DNA of 64,000 bases from Octopus sinensis. Its lineage: Eukaryota. The translations under genes and the position numbers were made by a program. How positions within the stretch are numbered: the stretch's first letter is position 1; each line of letters opens with the position of its first letter. The notes below the pieces were generated by a model. The model saw only the letters and a program-made list of their open reading frames with translations, was not told the origin of the DNA and did not search any database. Positions 63,451 through 64,000 of the stretch are shown one piece after another. The DNA is taken from the NCBI RefSeq assembly GCF_006345805.1, contig NC_043013.1, forward strand, positions 20,150,001 through 20,214,000, given 5' to 3'.

Positions 63451-64000
63451 ATATATATACACTGGGTGTCATTCTGTTTCCATCTAGCAAATGCCCTCAT
63501 GAGGCATTGGTCAGTCCAAAGGTATAGTAGAAGACATTTACCCAAGGTGCCTTGCAGTGGGATTGAACCCGGAACCATATGCTTGAGTAGCAAACTTCTT
63601 ACCACATATATTTTTTTTCTTTTTATCTTTTACCTATTTCATTCATTGGACTGCAGCCATGCCCAGGGCACCACCTTGGAAAGTTGAAGAAATCAACCTC
63701 AGGACTTATTTAAGTTTGGTATTTATTTTATTAGTCTCTTTTTGCTGAACTGCTGAGATACAGGGACATAAGCAATACAACAACAGTCTTTGAGCAGTAG
63801 GGATCAAACAAAAGCACACATACATACACACACACACACACACACATACACACACACACATCCTGTTGTGCCTTGGGAGCGTCATTACACCAATAATAAT
63901 AATAACACATGCATTGGTTCAATGTCACTTCTTTATTGGGCATGTGTCTTCTACTATAATCTTGGGCTGACCTAAGCCTTGTGAATGAATTTCATAGACA

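Overview
AT-rich, repeat-saturated eukaryotic DNA. The SINE/LINE families look octopus-like (coleoid cephalopod), but that is recall, not a search. No multi-exon host gene could be assembled; only a few strong plus-strand splice-site pairs are visible (28.8-29.0 kb, 56.9-57.1 kb). Most ORFs in the track are microsatellite translations. The main unexplained structure is a set of Penelope-like retroelements (PLEs) and fold-backs, mostly sitting in (TA)n. (1) A head-to-head palindrome with arms of at least 2.24 kb carries a Neptune-type RT + GIY-YIG ORF whose frameshifts are complementary between the arms, with a minimal hammerhead ribozyme (HHR) in its 3' end. (2) A 1.6-kb RT-less PLE has identical 171-bp inverted ends; each holds an intact HHR, and the inverted end supplies an in-frame ATG to a stop-free GIY-YIG endonuclease ORF. 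(3) A 190-bp PLE remnant carries a variant HHR. (4) Several orphan 'tail + hairpin' elements (29-142 bp arms) share the same architecture. Also present: RTE, CR1-group and R4-like LINE fragments, a scrambled maT/mariner element, a piggyBac-type MITE, a non-autonomous Helitron, four tRNA-SINE families, minisatellites (23, 30, 50, 99 bp units) and a pre-miRNA-like hairpin. Coordinates were counted by hand; repeat boundaries are approximate.
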